Source: Burkholderiales bacterium
Lineage (GTDB): Bacteria > Pseudomonadota > Gammaproteobacteria > Burkholderiales > SG8-41
Assembly: GCA_036555035.1 (NCBI GenBank)
Contig: DATBMB010000116.1
Span: 3,346-67,345 of the forward strand
DNA length: 64,000 nucleotides
Direction of reading: 5' to 3'
Of the stretch, positions 34,895-43,442 are shown piece by piece. The first letter of the stretch is position 1. The number at the start of each line of letters is the position of its first letter. Position numbers and translations under genes: made by a program. The notes under the pieces are model-generated. The model worked only from the letters and a program-made list of their open reading frames with translations. It was not told the DNA's origin and did not search any database.

Positions 34895-36358
34895 ATGGGC
34901 AAGATCACGGGATTTCTCGAGCACGACCGCGTCGAAGAGGCGTACGAGCCGAAGGACGCGCGCAAGAAGCATTACCGCGAGTTCATCCCCCGCCTGACCG
35001 ACGAGCAGGCGGGGATCCAGGGCGCGCGCTGCATGGACTGCGGCATCCCGTTCTGCATGAGCGGCTGCCCGGTCAACAACATCATCCCCGACTGGAACGA
35101 TCTCGTGTACCGCCAGGACTGGCGGTCCGCGATCGAGACGCTGCACTCGACCAACAATTTCCCGGAGTTCACGGGCCGGATCTGCCCGGCGCCGTGCGAG
35201 GAAGCCTGCGTGCTGCGCATCAACGAGGACCCGGTCGGCATCAAGTCGATCGAACACGCGATCATCGACAAGGCGTGGGAAGCTGGCTGGGTTACGCCGC
35301 AGCCGCCCGCGCACCGGACCGGCAAGAAGGTCGCGGTCGTGGGCTCCGGCCCCGCCGGGCTCGCCTGCGCGCAACAGCTCGCGCGCGCCGGCCATGCAGT
35401 CGTCGTGCTCGAGAGGAACGACCGCATCGGCGGACTGCTGCGCTACGGCATTCCCGATTTCAAGCTCGAGAAGCGGCAGATCGACCGGCGCATGGAGCAG
35501 ATGGCTGCCGAGGGCGTCTCCTTTCGCACCGGCATACACGTCGGGCCGGGCCGTCCCGGCAGGGGCATTCCCGACTGGTCAATTGAGATCCTTCCCCCCG
35601 AGAAGCTCCTGGCCGAGTTCGACGCCGTGGTGCTGGCGGGGGGCGCCGAGCAGCCGCGCGACCTCCCGATTCCGGGCCGCGAGCTCGACGGCGTGCACTT
35701 CGCGATGGAGTTCCTGCCCCTGCAGAACAAGCGCGTCGCGGGAGATTCGAATGTTCCCGAGCTGTGGGCGAGCGACAAGCACGTGATCATCATCGGTGGC
35801 GGCGATACCGGCTCCGACTGCGTTGGAACCTCAAACCGCCACGGCGCCCGCTCCATCACCCAGTTCGAGCTGCTGCCCATGCCGCCCGACGTGGAGCGCA
35901 ATCCCGTGTGGCCCTACTGGCCGACGCGGCTGCGTACTTCCTCGTCCCACGAGGAGGGGGTGAGCCGCGACTGGTCGGTCGCGACGAAGGCGTTCATCGG
36001 CGAGGGCGGCAGGGTCACGGCGCTCAAGGCCGTGCGCTTGGCCTGGCAGGACGGCCGCATGAGCGAGGTGCCGGGCTCGGAATTCACGATGCCGGCCGAC
36101 CTCGTGCTGCTCGCAATGGGGTTCGTCTCCCCGGTCCCGTCCGTGCTCGACGGCTTCGGCGTGGCGAAGGACGCCCGCGGCAATGCCCGGGCCGGCGCCG
36201 AGGGCGCGGGTAGCTACGCAACCTCGGTGCGCAAGGTGTTCGCTGCCGGCGACATGCGGCGCGGCCAGTCGCTGGTGGTCTGGGCGATACGCGAGGGCCG
36301 GCAGTGCGCACGCGCGGTGGACGAGTTCCTGATGGGACGATCCGAGCTTCCGCGATAA
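34895..36358 (+). CDS. gltD: glutamate synthase small subunit GltD
   Basis: 487-aa ORF with Fe-S cysteines ([16 protein letters not shown]) and two dinucleotide folds ([21 protein letters not shown]). Confidence 0.95.
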   Translation: MGKITGFLEHDRVEEAYEPKDARKKHYREFIPRLTDEQAGIQGARCMDCGIPFCMSGCPVNNIIPDWNDLVYRQDWRSAIETLHSTNNFPEFTGRICPAPCEEACVLRINEDPVGIKSIEHAIIDKAWEAGWVTPQPPAHRTGKKVAVVGSGPAGLACAQQLARAGHAVVVLERNDRIGGLLRYGIPDFKLEKRQIDRRMEQMAAEGVSFRTGIHVGPGRPGRGIPDWSIEILPPEKLLAEFDAVVLAGGAEQPRDLPIPGRELDGVHFAMEFLPLQNKRVAGDSNVPELWASDKHVIIIGGGDTGSDCVGTSNRHGARSITQFELLPMPPDVERNPVWPYWPTRLRTSSSHEEGVSRDWSVATKAFIGEGGRVTALKAVRLAWQDGRMSEVPGSEFTMPADLVLLAMGFVSPVPSVLDGFGVAKDARGNARAGAEGAGSYATSVRKVFAAGDMRRGQSLVVWAIREGRQCARAVDEFLMGRSELPR

Positions 36359-36407
36359 CACGAGCCGGGGTGCGGGCCCCTTTCTGCGCACTCCTCCGCG
36401 GGTCACG

Positions 36408-37466
36408 ATGCCCCCAAAGAACGACACCCTGATCCGCGCGCTGCTGCGGCAGCCGACGCCCTACACGCCGGTCTGGCTCATGCGCCAGGCCGGGCGCTAC
36501 CTCCCGGAATACAACGCCACCCGCGCCCGCGCCGGCAGCTTTCTGGCGCTCGCCAAGAGCCCCGATCTCGCCACGGAAGTGACGTTGCAGCCGCTCGAGC
36601 GTTTTCCGCTCGACGCCGCGATCGTGTTTTCCGACATCCTGACGATACCGGACGCGATGGGCCTGGGGCTGACCTTTGCCGAAGGCGAGGGACCGCGCCT
36701 GGCGCGCCCGCTCCGCGAGGAGCGGGAGATCCGCAAGCTGGCGGCCCCCGACCCGCACGAGCACCTCGGTTACGTGCTCGACACCGTGCGCCAGGCGCGC
36801 GCGGCGCTCAATGACCGCGTGCCGCTCATCGGGTTCTGCGGCAGCCCCTACACGCTCGCGTGCTACATGGTGGAAGGGGGCGGCAGCAGCGATTTCCGCA
36901 CGGTGAAGACGATGCTCTACGCCCGTCCCGAGCTGCTGCATCACATCCTGCAGGTGAACTGCCGCGCGGCGACCGCGTATCTCAATGCCCAGATCGAGGC
37001 CGGGGCCCAGGTCGTGATGATCTTCGACACGTGGGGCGGGATGCTGGGCGCGCGGGAGTACCGCGAATTCTCCCTTTCCTACATGCAGCGCATCGTGGAG
37101 GGGCTGCGACGCGAGCATGACGGAGCACGGATTCCCACCATCCTCTTCACCAAGGGCGGCGGGGGATGGCTCGATGCCATCGCGGCCAGCGGCTGCGACG
37201 CCGTCGGTGTCGATTGGACGGTGGATCTGGGCGCGGCGCGCAACCACGTGGGCCAGCGCGTTTGCCTCCAGGGCAATCTCGACCCGGCCGTGCTGCTTGC
37301 GGGAGCGCCGGCGGTCCGCGCGGGTGCCGCGGCCGTGCTCGCTGCCTACGGCAAAGGCGGCGGCCATGTATTCAATCTCGGCCATGGCGTCACGCCTTTC
37401 ACCCCTCCCGAAGCGGTCGCCACGCTGGTGGAGGCGGTCCACCAGCTGAGTCCCGCGTATCACTGA
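36408..37466 (+). CDS. hemE: uroporphyrinogen decarboxylase HemE
   Basis: 352-aa ORF with [28 protein letters not shown] and FNLGHGV motifs. Confidence 0.95.
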   Translation: MPPKNDTLIRALLRQPTPYTPVWLMRQAGRYLPEYNATRARAGSFLALAKSPDLATEVTLQPLERFPLDAAIVFSDILTIPDAMGLGLTFAEGEGPRLARPLREEREIRKLAAPDPHEHLGYVLDTVRQARAALNDRVPLIGFCGSPYTLACYMVEGGGSSDFRTVKTMLYARPELLHHILQVNCRAATAYLNAQIEAGAQVVMIFDTWGGMLGAREYREFSLSYMQRIVEGLRREHDGARIPTILFTKGGGGWLDAIAASGCDAVGVDWTVDLGAARNHVGQRVCLQGNLDPAVLLAGAPAVRAGAAAVLAAYGKGGGHVFNLGHGVTPFTPPEAVATLVEAVHQLSPAYH

Positions 37467-37508
37467 AAACCCGCGCCAATGCTGGCTTTGCGGGGGGCGA
37501 GCGCCGAG

Positions 37509-37517
37509 TTATGCACA
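37509..37517 (+). promoter_or_regulatory. DnaA box matching TTATNCACA (TTATGCACA)
   Basis: Read directly from the hemE-priA spacer. It matches the relaxed E. coli-type consensus TTATNCACA. Confidence 0.5.
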
Positions 37518-37687
37518 TCAGGAGGCGTTCTTGTGGAAGCGCCATGCCCGCCGGCATCGGGCGCGAGGTTTAAGGGTATCTTATTGTTTTATATAGATTT
37601 AACTCTGTCGCCACGCGCGATAGAGCCCCTGCGCGACCGGTTTCGCCCCAGGGGCAGGCTACGGGGCGGGAGGCTCTATCAACACGG

Positions 37688-37696
37688 TTATCCACA
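37688..37696 (+). promoter_or_regulatory. perfect DnaA box TTATCCACA
   Basis: Read directly, 36 nt upstream of the priA ATG. A 2-mismatch box CTATCAACA lies at 37676-37684. Confidence 0.6.
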
Positions 37697-37731
37697 ACGC
37701 GGTGTTGCCAAGTGATGCAGGTTCTCCCGGC

Positions 37732-39723
37732 ATGAGCATCATCCGCGTCGCGCTCGACGTCCCCGTCACCAGGTTGTTCGATTACCGCGCACCCGAAGCG
37801 ACCGCGGCCGACGTCGGCCACCGCGTGCTGGTGCCGTTCAAGAAGACAAGCGCTGTCGGCGTCATCGTCGAGCTCGCCCGCTCCACGGCGGTCCCGGCGG
37901 AGCGCATGAAAGAGGCCGCGTGCATATTGCGCGACCTGCCGCCGCTCGCGCCTGAGGACCTGCGGCTCCTGCGCTTTGCCTCCGAGTACTATCATCACCC
38001 CCTGGGCGCGGTCGTGCTGGGCGCGCTGCCGACGCGGATGCGCCGCCTGCCGAGCCCGACGCGAGCGGCCGGCGGCCGCCGCTCCCCTCTGCCTGCGGCC
38101 TCGACTGCAGCGGCGGCCATCGCGCCGCGCCTGACCGATGAGCAGGCGCAGGCCGTATCCGCGATCTGCTCGCGCATCGGCGGTTTTCACCCCTTTCTCC
38201 TCCTCGGGGTCACCAGCAGCGGCAAGACCGAGGTTTACCTGCATGCCATTGCGGCTGCGCTCGCGGCCGGCAGGCAGGCGCTGGTGCTGGTGCCCGAGAT
38301 TGCGCTCACACCCCAGCTGGAAGCACTGATCCAGGACCGCTTTCCGGAGACCCGCGCGGTCAGCCTGCACAGCGGTCTCGCCGAAGTGGAGCGGTTGGAG
38401 CATTGGCGGGCGGCATCCTCCGGTCAGGCCCGCATCGTGCTCGGCACCCGGCTCGCGGTATTCGCGCCGTTGCCGGAGCTCGGGCTCATCGTCGTCGACG
38501 AGGAGCAGGACGGCTCCTTCAAGCAGCAGGAAGGATTGCGCTACTCGGCGCGGGATCTCGCCGTGGTGCGGGCCCGGCAGCGCGGGGTGCCCGTCGTGCT
38601 CGGCTCGGCGACACCCGCCCTCGAGACCTACCACAACGCAGTCAATGGCCGGTACACCCTGCTCGCGCTGACGCGCCGCATCGGGGCTCCGCCGCCGCGC
38701 ATCGCCTGCATCGACACGCGGGAAGACAAGCCTCACGACGGACTGTCGGAGCGCCTGGTGGCCGCGCTGCGCGAATGCGTGGCGCGCGGCGAGCAGTCGC
38801 TGGTGTTCATAAACCGCCGCGGCTACGCCCCGGTGCTGATGTGCCGGTCCTGCGGCTGGATCTCGGGCTGCCAGCGATGCTCCGCGAGGCTCGTCCTGCA
38901 CCTGCCGGAGCGGCGCGTGTGCTGCCACCATTGCGGCCACGTCGCGCCGCCCCCCGCCCAGTGCCCCGACTGCGGCAACCCGGATCTCGCGCCGGTCGGC
39001 CAGGGCACCCAGCGCGTCGAGGAAGCGCTGGCGCGGCTCATCCCGCAGGCGCGCATCCTGCGCATCGACCGCGACACGACCCGGCGACGCCGTGCCTGGC
39101 ACGGCATGCGCCAGCGTATCCAGGAGCGCGATGTCGACATCCTGGTCGGCACCCAGATCCTCGCCAAGGGCCACGATTTCCCGCACCTCAACCTCGTGGG
39201 CGTTCTCAATTCGGACAGCACGCTCTACAGCAGCGACTTTCGCGCCGCCGAGCGGCTGTTCGCGCAGCTCACCCAGGTCGCGGGACGCGCGGGACGCGGG
39301 GGCACCCGGGGCGAGGTGTTGATTCAAACCGAGTTCCCCGACCATCCGCTCTACGCCGCCCTGCGCGACCAGGACTACCGCGCCTTTGCCGACGCAGCGC
39401 TCGCCGAGCGCCGGCAAGCCGGCTTCCCGCCGTTCGTCCACCAGGCGTTGCTGCGCGCGGAGGCGCCGCGCCTTGCGACCGCGCTTCAATTCCTGCGCGC
39501 GGCAGCGCGCATCGGCCGAAGGCTGGAAGGGTCCGTCACCGCATACGATCCGGTGCCCGCGGCTCTCGCCCGGCGCGCCGGCCGCGAGCGCGCGCAGCTG
39601 CTGGTGCAGTCCGCCTCGCGCGGCCGCCTGCGCGAATTTCTCGGCGCCTGGCGCGACGCGCTGGAAGGGTTGCGCTCCACCCGGGCGCGCTGGTCGATCG
39701 ACGTCGACCCGCTGGAATTCTGA
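37732..39723 (+). CDS. priA: primosomal replication-restart helicase PriA
   Basis: ORF 37702..39723 (+). The start is placed at MSIIRVALDVPVTRLFDYRAP. Walker A (GVTSSGKTEVY), DEEQD and the Cys-rich zinc region (CRSCGW...CQRC...CHHCG...CPDCG) are present. Confidence 0.92.
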   Translation: MSIIRVALDVPVTRLFDYRAPEATAADVGHRVLVPFKKTSAVGVIVELARSTAVPAERMKEAACILRDLPPLAPEDLRLLRFASEYYHHPLGAVVLGALPTRMRRLPSPTRAAGGRRSPLPAASTAAAAIAPRLTDEQAQAVSAICSRIGGFHPFLLLGVTSSGKTEVYLHAIAAALAAGRQALVLVPEIALTPQLEALIQDRFPETRAVSLHSGLAEVERLEHWRAASSGQARIVLGTRLAVFAPLPELGLIVVDEEQDGSFKQQEGLRYSARDLAVVRARQRGVPVVLGSATPALETYHNAVNGRYTLLALTRRIGAPPPRIACIDTREDKPHDGLSERLVAALRECVARGEQSLVFINRRGYAPVLMCRSCGWISGCQRCSARLVLHLPERRVCCHHCGHVAPPPAQCPDCGNPDLAPVGQGTQRVEEALARLIPQARILRIDRDTTRRRRAWHGMRQRIQERDVDILVGTQILAKGHDFPHLNLVGVLNSDSTLYSSDFRAAERLFAQLTQVAGRAGRGGTRGEVLIQTEFPDHPLYAALRDQDYRAFADAALAERRQAGFPPFVHQALLRAEAPRLATALQFLRAAARIGRRLEGSVTAYDPVPAALARRAGRERAQLLVQSASRGRLREFLGAWRDALEGLRSTRARWSIDVDPLEF

Positions 39724-39760
39724 CCTCGCTTATAATCCGGCTTTTTTCTCCGGGTTCCCG

Positions 39761-41500
39761 ATGCCGACCCCCGACGTTGCCGATCCGCGCGCGCATCTCT
39801 ACGCGCTGCTCGGGGAGGCGATTCGAGCGGTCGGTCCCGCGCTGCACGCGCCCCCCATCGTGCTGGAGAAGCCGAAGCAGGCGGAGCACGGCGATTACGC
39901 GTGCAACGTCGCGCTGCAGCTCGCCCGCTCGCTCAAGCGCGCCCCGCGCGAGATCGCAGGCGAGCTGGTGGCCGCACTGCCGGCCTCACCCTGCCTCGAG
40001 AAGGCCGAGGTGGCGGGGGCGGGCTTCATCAATTTCTTCCTGAAGCGCTCCTACAAGCAGCAGATCGTCCATCGCATCCTGGAAGCGGGCGGCCGCTACG
40101 GAACGGGGGCGCGCGGCCAGGGGAAGAAGGTCCAGGTCGAATTCGTATCGGCCAATCCCACCGGTCCGCTGCACGTGGGCCATGGGCGCGGCGCGGCCTA
40201 CGGCGCGAGCCTTGCCAGCGTGCTCGCGGCCTCCGGCTTCGACGTGACCCGCGAGTTCTACGTCAACGACTTCGGGCGGCAGATGGACATCCTGACGCTG
40301 TCGACGTGGCTGCGCTATCTCGAGCTGTGGGGGGAGGCCGTGCCCTTTCCCGCCAATGCCTATCAAGGGGAGTACGTGCGCGCGATGGCGCAGGCGATCC
40401 GTTCCGAGCACGGCTCCCGGTTTCGCAACGGCGCTGCGAGCCTCGCGCCGGCGCTCGCCGAGCCCGACGAGGAGCTGCGCCTCGATGCCATGATCGAGCT
40501 CGCCAAGGGCGCGCTCGGCCGGGACTACGACACCGTCCACCAGTTCGCGCTGGAGGTCCAGCTCGCCGATTGCCGCAGCGACCTCGAGGCGTTCGGGGTG
40601 ACGTTCGACCGGTGGTACTCCGAGCGCTCGCTCTACGACACCGGGCGCGTCGAGCGCGCGCTGAAGAGCCTCGAGGAACGCGGCCACATCTACGTCCAGG
40701 ACGGCGCGAAATGGTTCCGCTCAAGCGCCTACGGGGACGAGAAGGACCGCGTGGTGCGGCGCGAGAACGGCCAGTACACCTATTTCGCCTCCGACATCGC
40801 CTACCACCTCGACAAGTTCGAGCGCGGCTTCGACCTCGCGATCGACGTCTGGGGCGCGGACCACCACGGCTACATGGCGCGCGTGAAGGGCGCGCTCGCC
40901 GCGCTCGGCCTCGACCCGCAGCGGCTCACCATCGCGCTGGTGCAGTTCGCCGTGCTCTACCGCGGGGGCGAGCGCGTCTCCATGTCGACGCGCGCCGGGG
41001 AGTTCGTCACGCTGCGCGAGCTGCGGCGCGAGGTCGGCAACGACGCGGCGCGCTTCTTCTACGTGATGAGGAAGGGCGACCAGCACCTCGATTTCGATCT
41101 CGACCTCGCCAAGTCGCAGAGCACCGAGAACCCCGTCTACTACGTCCAGTACGCGCACGCCCGGGTGTGCAGCGTGCTCGAGCAATGGGGGGGCGACCCC
41201 GCACAGCTCGCCCGCGCGGACGTCGGCGCGCTCCTCTCCGAGCACGAGACCGCGCTGCTCGCGCGGCTGCTGGAGTTTCCCGACGCGGTGGAGAGCGCGG
41301 CGCGCGAGCTCGCCCCGCACCTTATCGCGTTCTACCTGCGGGAGCTCGCCGCGGAATTCCACAGCTACTACAACGCCACGCGCCTGCTGGTGGACGAGGA
41401 GGCCGTCAAGCGCGCGCGGCTTGCGCTCGCGGCCGCGGTGCGGCAGGTGCTGCGCAACGGGCTCGCGCTGCTGGGTGTGTCGGCTCCCGATAGAATGTAA
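39761..41500 (+). CDS. argS: arginine--tRNA ligase ArgS
   Basis: ORF 39386..41500 (+). The conserved product starts at the 126th codon (MPTPDVADPRAHLYALL...). The HIGH-type motif PTGPLHVGHGR and an MSTR motif are present. Confidence 0.93.
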   Translation: MPTPDVADPRAHLYALLGEAIRAVGPALHAPPIVLEKPKQAEHGDYACNVALQLARSLKRAPREIAGELVAALPASPCLEKAEVAGAGFINFFLKRSYKQQIVHRILEAGGRYGTGARGQGKKVQVEFVSANPTGPLHVGHGRGAAYGASLASVLAASGFDVTREFYVNDFGRQMDILTLSTWLRYLELWGEAVPFPANAYQGEYVRAMAQAIRSEHGSRFRNGAASLAPALAEPDEELRLDAMIELAKGALGRDYDTVHQFALEVQLADCRSDLEAFGVTFDRWYSERSLYDTGRVERALKSLEERGHIYVQDGAKWFRSSAYGDEKDRVVRRENGQYTYFASDIAYHLDKFERGFDLAIDVWGADHHGYMARVKGALAALGLDPQRLTIALVQFAVLYRGGERVSMSTRAGEFVTLRELRREVGNDAARFFYVMRKGDQHLDFDLDLAKSQSTENPVYYVQYAHARVCSVLEQWGGDPAQLARADVGALLSEHETALLARLLEFPDAVESAARELAPHLIAFYLRELAAEFHSYYNATRLLVDEEAVKRARLALAAAVRQVLRNGLALLGVSAPDRM

Positions 41501-41509
41501 GATAGCCGC

Positions 41510-42085
41510 ATGTCCAAGGACTACCACCGTCCCGAGCCTGCGGCGCGCGGCGGCAGCCCGCTTCTCGTCGGAATCCTGATCGGACTCGTGCTCGGGCTCG
41601 GCATCGCGCTCGCCGTCGCGTGGTACATAAACAAGATGCCGAATCCGTTCGCGACGCGCACGCCGCCCCCCAAGCTCGAGCCGGTGAAGCCCGCGCCGCC
41701 GCTGACCGGAAAAGCGGGGGAGAAGCCCGCCCGCGCGACCGAGGAGAAGCCGCGCTTCGATTTCTACAAGATCCTGCCGGCCACCGAGGAGCCGCCCGTC
41801 GCCCCGCAGGCGAAAGTCGCGAGGAAGCCGTCAACCGCGGCCCCGGGAGAGGCGTTCTTCCTGCAGGCCGGCGCGTTCCAGAACGCCCGCGATGCGGACA
41901 CGCTCAGGGCGCGGCTCGCGCTGCTCGGCATCGAGGCCCGGGTGCAGACCGCGACCCTGCCGGACAAGGGCGTGTGGCACCGGGTGCGCGCGGGCCCGTA
42001 TACCAGCGTGGAGGAACTCGACCGCGCGCGCGACACTCTGAAGCAGAACGGCGTCGAAACCACCCTCATCAAGGTGCGCGACTAG
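41510..42085 (+). CDS. SPOR-domain (peptidoglycan-binding) membrane protein
   Basis: 191-aa ORF with one transmembrane helix, a Pro/Lys-rich linker and a C-terminal SPOR-like domain (FFLQAGAFQNARDADTLRARLALLGIEARV...WHRVRAGPY). Confidence 0.8.
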   Translation: MSKDYHRPEPAARGGSPLLVGILIGLVLGLGIALAVAWYINKMPNPFATRTPPPKLEPVKPAPPLTGKAGEKPARATEEKPRFDFYKILPATEEPPVAPQAKVARKPSTAAPGEAFFLQAGAFQNARDADTLRARLALLGIEARVQTATLPDKGVWHRVRAGPYTSVEELDRARDTLKQNGVETTLIKVRD

Positions 42086-42112
42086 CCGATTGCGCAATCG
42101 CACGGAGACCGG

Positions 42113-42775
42113 ATGAAGCACATTGGAACGTACGGGCGGCTCGCGGCCTGGCTCTTCGCCCTCGCCTTCGCGGGCGGCGCATCGGCGCAGCTTACGCCCG
42201 GCAAGGACTACCAGCTGATCAACCCGGCGCAGCCCACCACGAGCGGCCCGAAGGTCGAGGTCATCGAGTTCTTCAACTACGCCTGCCCGGCCTGCAACAG
42301 CCTGGTGCCCCACCTCAGGACCTGGCTCAAGAAGAAGCCAGCGGACGTCGAGTTCCGGCGTGCGCCCGTGGTGTTCCAGGACGCGTGGCTGCCGCTCACC
42401 ACGGCCTATCACGCGTTCGACGCGATGGGCCTGGTGGACAAGCTGCATTACGAGCTCTTCCGCGCAATCCATGAGCGGCGCACCCTCGAGGTCAAGGGGC
42501 TGCTGCGCGACCAGGCGCCGCTCTTCGACTGGGTGGCGAAGCAGGGCGTGGACCGGAAGCAATTCGTCGACGTCTACAATTCCTTCGGGGTGCGCAGCCG
42601 GACCAACCGGTCGATCGAGATCTCGGGAAACTACCACGTCAGCTCCACGCCCACGGTGGTGGTGAACGGAAAATACCTGCTGACGCCTGCCATGGCCGGC
42701 AGCTATGAACGTTTCTTCCAGGTGGTCGATCAGACCATCGCCCTGGCGCGCAAGGAGCGCGCCGCCGCGAAATAG
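42113..42775 (+). CDS. dsbA: periplasmic thiol:disulfide oxidoreductase DsbA (active site CPAC)
   Basis: 220-aa ORF with a signal peptide. The thioredoxin-fold motif is VIEFFNYACPACN and the cis-Pro region is STPTVVVNGKY. Confidence 0.85.
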   Translation: MKHIGTYGRLAAWLFALAFAGGASAQLTPGKDYQLINPAQPTTSGPKVEVIEFFNYACPACNSLVPHLRTWLKKKPADVEFRRAPVVFQDAWLPLTTAYHAFDAMGLVDKLHYELFRAIHERRTLEVKGLLRDQAPLFDWVAKQGVDRKQFVDVYNSFGVRSRTNRSIEISGNYHVSSTPTVVVNGKYLLTPAMAGSYERFFQVVDQTIALARKERAAAK

Positions 42776-42786
42776 ACGGCCCGCCC

Positions 42787-43428
42787 GTGCGCGCCGCAGC
42801 CGCTGCGCTGCTCGCCCTCGCCTGCCTGGCGGCTCCTGCGCCCGCGCAGGACGTCCGCGCCCGCCAGAACCTCGAATACCGCCTGATCGCCCCGCAGCCG
42901 GTCGAGACCGGTGAGGCAATCGAGGTCATCGAATTCTTCTGGTACGGCTGCCCCTATTGCAACGCGCTGCAGCCGGCGCTGGAGGGCTGGTTGAAGCGCA
43001 AGCCCGGCGACGTGCAGCTTCGCCGCGTGCCGGCGATACTCCGGGACTCGTGGGCGCCCCACGCGCGCATTTTCTACGCGCTCGAGCGGCTGAACGAGCT
43101 CGAGCGGCTGCATCTCAAGGTGTATGACGGCTATCACCTCGAGAAGCTGCACATGAGCAAGCCCGACGTGGTCGTGGAGTGGGCGGTCAAGAATGGCGTC
43201 GACCGCCAGCGCTGGCTCGAGGCGTTTGACTCCCCTGAAGTCACCGCCAAGGTCGAGCACGCCCGCAGCCTCACCCGGGCCTACACCGTGGAAGTCACGC
43301 CGACGCTCGTGGTGGACGGCCGCTACCTCACTTCGGGGAGCTACGTGCCCTGCTGCGACGTGCGCGACATCGTCCCGATCCTCGAGGACGTGATCCGCAT
43401 CGCGCGCCGGGATCGCCCCGGCCGCTGA
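42787..43428 (+). CDS. second DsbA-family thiol:disulfide oxidoreductase (active site CPYC)
   Basis: 213-aa ORF with a GTG start and a signal peptide. Motifs are VIEFFWYGCPYCN and VTPTLVVDGRY. It is a paralogue of the preceding gene. Confidence 0.8.
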   Translation: MRAAAAALLALACLAAPAPAQDVRARQNLEYRLIAPQPVETGEAIEVIEFFWYGCPYCNALQPALEGWLKRKPGDVQLRRVPAILRDSWAPHARIFYALERLNELERLHLKVYDGYHLEKLHMSKPDVVVEWAVKNGVDRQRWLEAFDSPEVTAKVEHARSLTRAYTVEVTPTLVVDGRYLTSGSYVPCCDVRDIVPILEDVIRIARRDRPGR

Positions 43429-43442
43429 GGCGGCCTTGCCCG

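Noticed and set aside
37479-37715. 78-aa plus-strand ORF filling the hemE-priA spacer.
   Set aside because: It has no Shine-Dalgarno and an Arg/Gly-rich, implausible sequence. It spans the AT-rich tract and the DnaA boxes, so I read the region as regulatory rather than coding.
37467-37731. Considered calling the hemE-priA spacer oriC (hemE-adjacent origin, as in Caulobacter).
   Set aside because: It has only two strong boxes plus one weak box and a single short AT tract. An origin here would put the atp operon, rpmH and the whole 43-63 kb block head-on to replication, while parS and dnaA lie 22-26 kb away. I kept it as a DnaA-binding locus of unknown role instead.
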